From contig CM074511.1 in assembly GCA_037379345.1 (NCBI GenBank), positions 15,686,001 through 15,750,000 on the forward strand: a stretch of 64,000 bases of DNA, given 5' to 3'. Each line of letters begins with the position of its first letter. Positions within the stretch are counted from its first letter, which is position 1. Below are positions 63,059 to 64,000 of this stretch, piece by piece. The notes under the pieces were generated by a model. That model had not been told where the DNA came from. It ran no database searches and was given only the letters and a program-made list of their open reading frames with translations. The position numbers were made by a program, and so were the translations under genes. Origin of the DNA: Perna viridis. Taxonomy: Eukaryota.

Positions 63059-64000
63059 ACAGCTATATATAGACCAGAATACACAGAATTGAACTTACTT
63101 CAACTGTTATTTGTTGTTATCAAGTTTATACAAGAAAACATAACTTAACATGCATTGTAAGGTATCCTGAACTTGTTAAAAACTAAATGTAAGTTTCTTT
63201 ATATTGATTTTTGTGTATCTCATCTTTCTGTTTTTCAACCCCATTAAGATTGTGAGTAAATTAGTTTTACTGTACAAAAACAATGGGTTTATGATAATCA
63301 GAATCAAATGTCTCTTTTTTTTATCAATGCCACACCTTCATTTTTAAACTTCTTGGAAAAAGTTGAGCCTTACACAATAGAATTATAATACCAGTAATCT
63401 TTACTTGGAAGACTATTTACAATATGCAAAGATAATAAATTCTTTATGGTATTTGACGTGTGGTAGCGTCCTTTTTTTCCTTAAGACTTATATGTAATAC
63501 TTCATCTGTTTGAAATGAATTTTACATGCAAATATTGTTATATCAAATGCCGAGTTATTTGTTGGTAAAACCAGGTGCTTGATTGTAATATATTGTTTTT
63601 ATCATAACTGAATAATAATACTTACAAGCAAGAGAAGCAATCATTTAAATATTGTGACCTTAACATGAAATAATAGAGGATTCCATTTAAGGCTACGTTT
63701 AAGGGTTTTTTTTTTCAAAACTTAATGTAAATTGGAATATTCTTATTTACCATGGGCTGTAGCTTCTACAAAACTCCATCACACAGTTTATTTTAAATAT
63801 AGTTTTCTTTTGTATGTCCAAATTGAATGCAATGATAGTTCCTGAAGGTAGTTGTAATGACAGTGTTTACCTCCATTTATTGTACTGAGTTGTTGCAACG
63901 TCAAACATATAATTTTCACTCCTATTACAATTACCAAATCATATCCTTAACAAATATTGTGATAATTCCGAAACTAACTTATATTTAATATTATCAGAGG

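Noticed and set aside
1-64000. tRNA, rRNA, operon or prokaryotic defence systems
   Set aside because: None recognisable. The window is a spliced eukaryotic gene, and the tRNA-like sequence is only a decayed SINE head.

Overview
AT-rich eukaryotic genomic DNA. The repeat families look like those of bivalve molluscs such as oysters (inference). Almost the whole window is the 3' part of one + strand, multi-exon DOCK-family Rac GEF gene, best matching DOCK-B (DOCK3/DOCK4/Sponge-like). I traced 34 phase-consistent exons by hand from 512 to the stop at 62103, covering the ARM region, the DHR-2 GEF domain and a proline-rich tail. The N-terminus (SH3/DHR-1) lies upstream of the window. Introns hold a truncated Penelope-like (Naiad-type) RT element, Helentron-associated repeats, SINEs, MITEs and minisatellites. 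The most striking structure is a 52-bp minisatellite made of 26 tandem copies of one exon's own 3' splice site plus exon start. Only the last copy gives an open reading frame, and a second exon shows a 2-copy version of the same arrangement. Also notable: a U12-type intron holding a ~62-bp-arm hairpin, a candidate internal first exon for a DHR-2-only isoform, cassette and microexon candidates near TGCATG clusters, and unusual substitutions in DHR-2. All splice calls come from sequence inspection only. Comparisons to human DOCK sequences are from memory, not from an alignment run.
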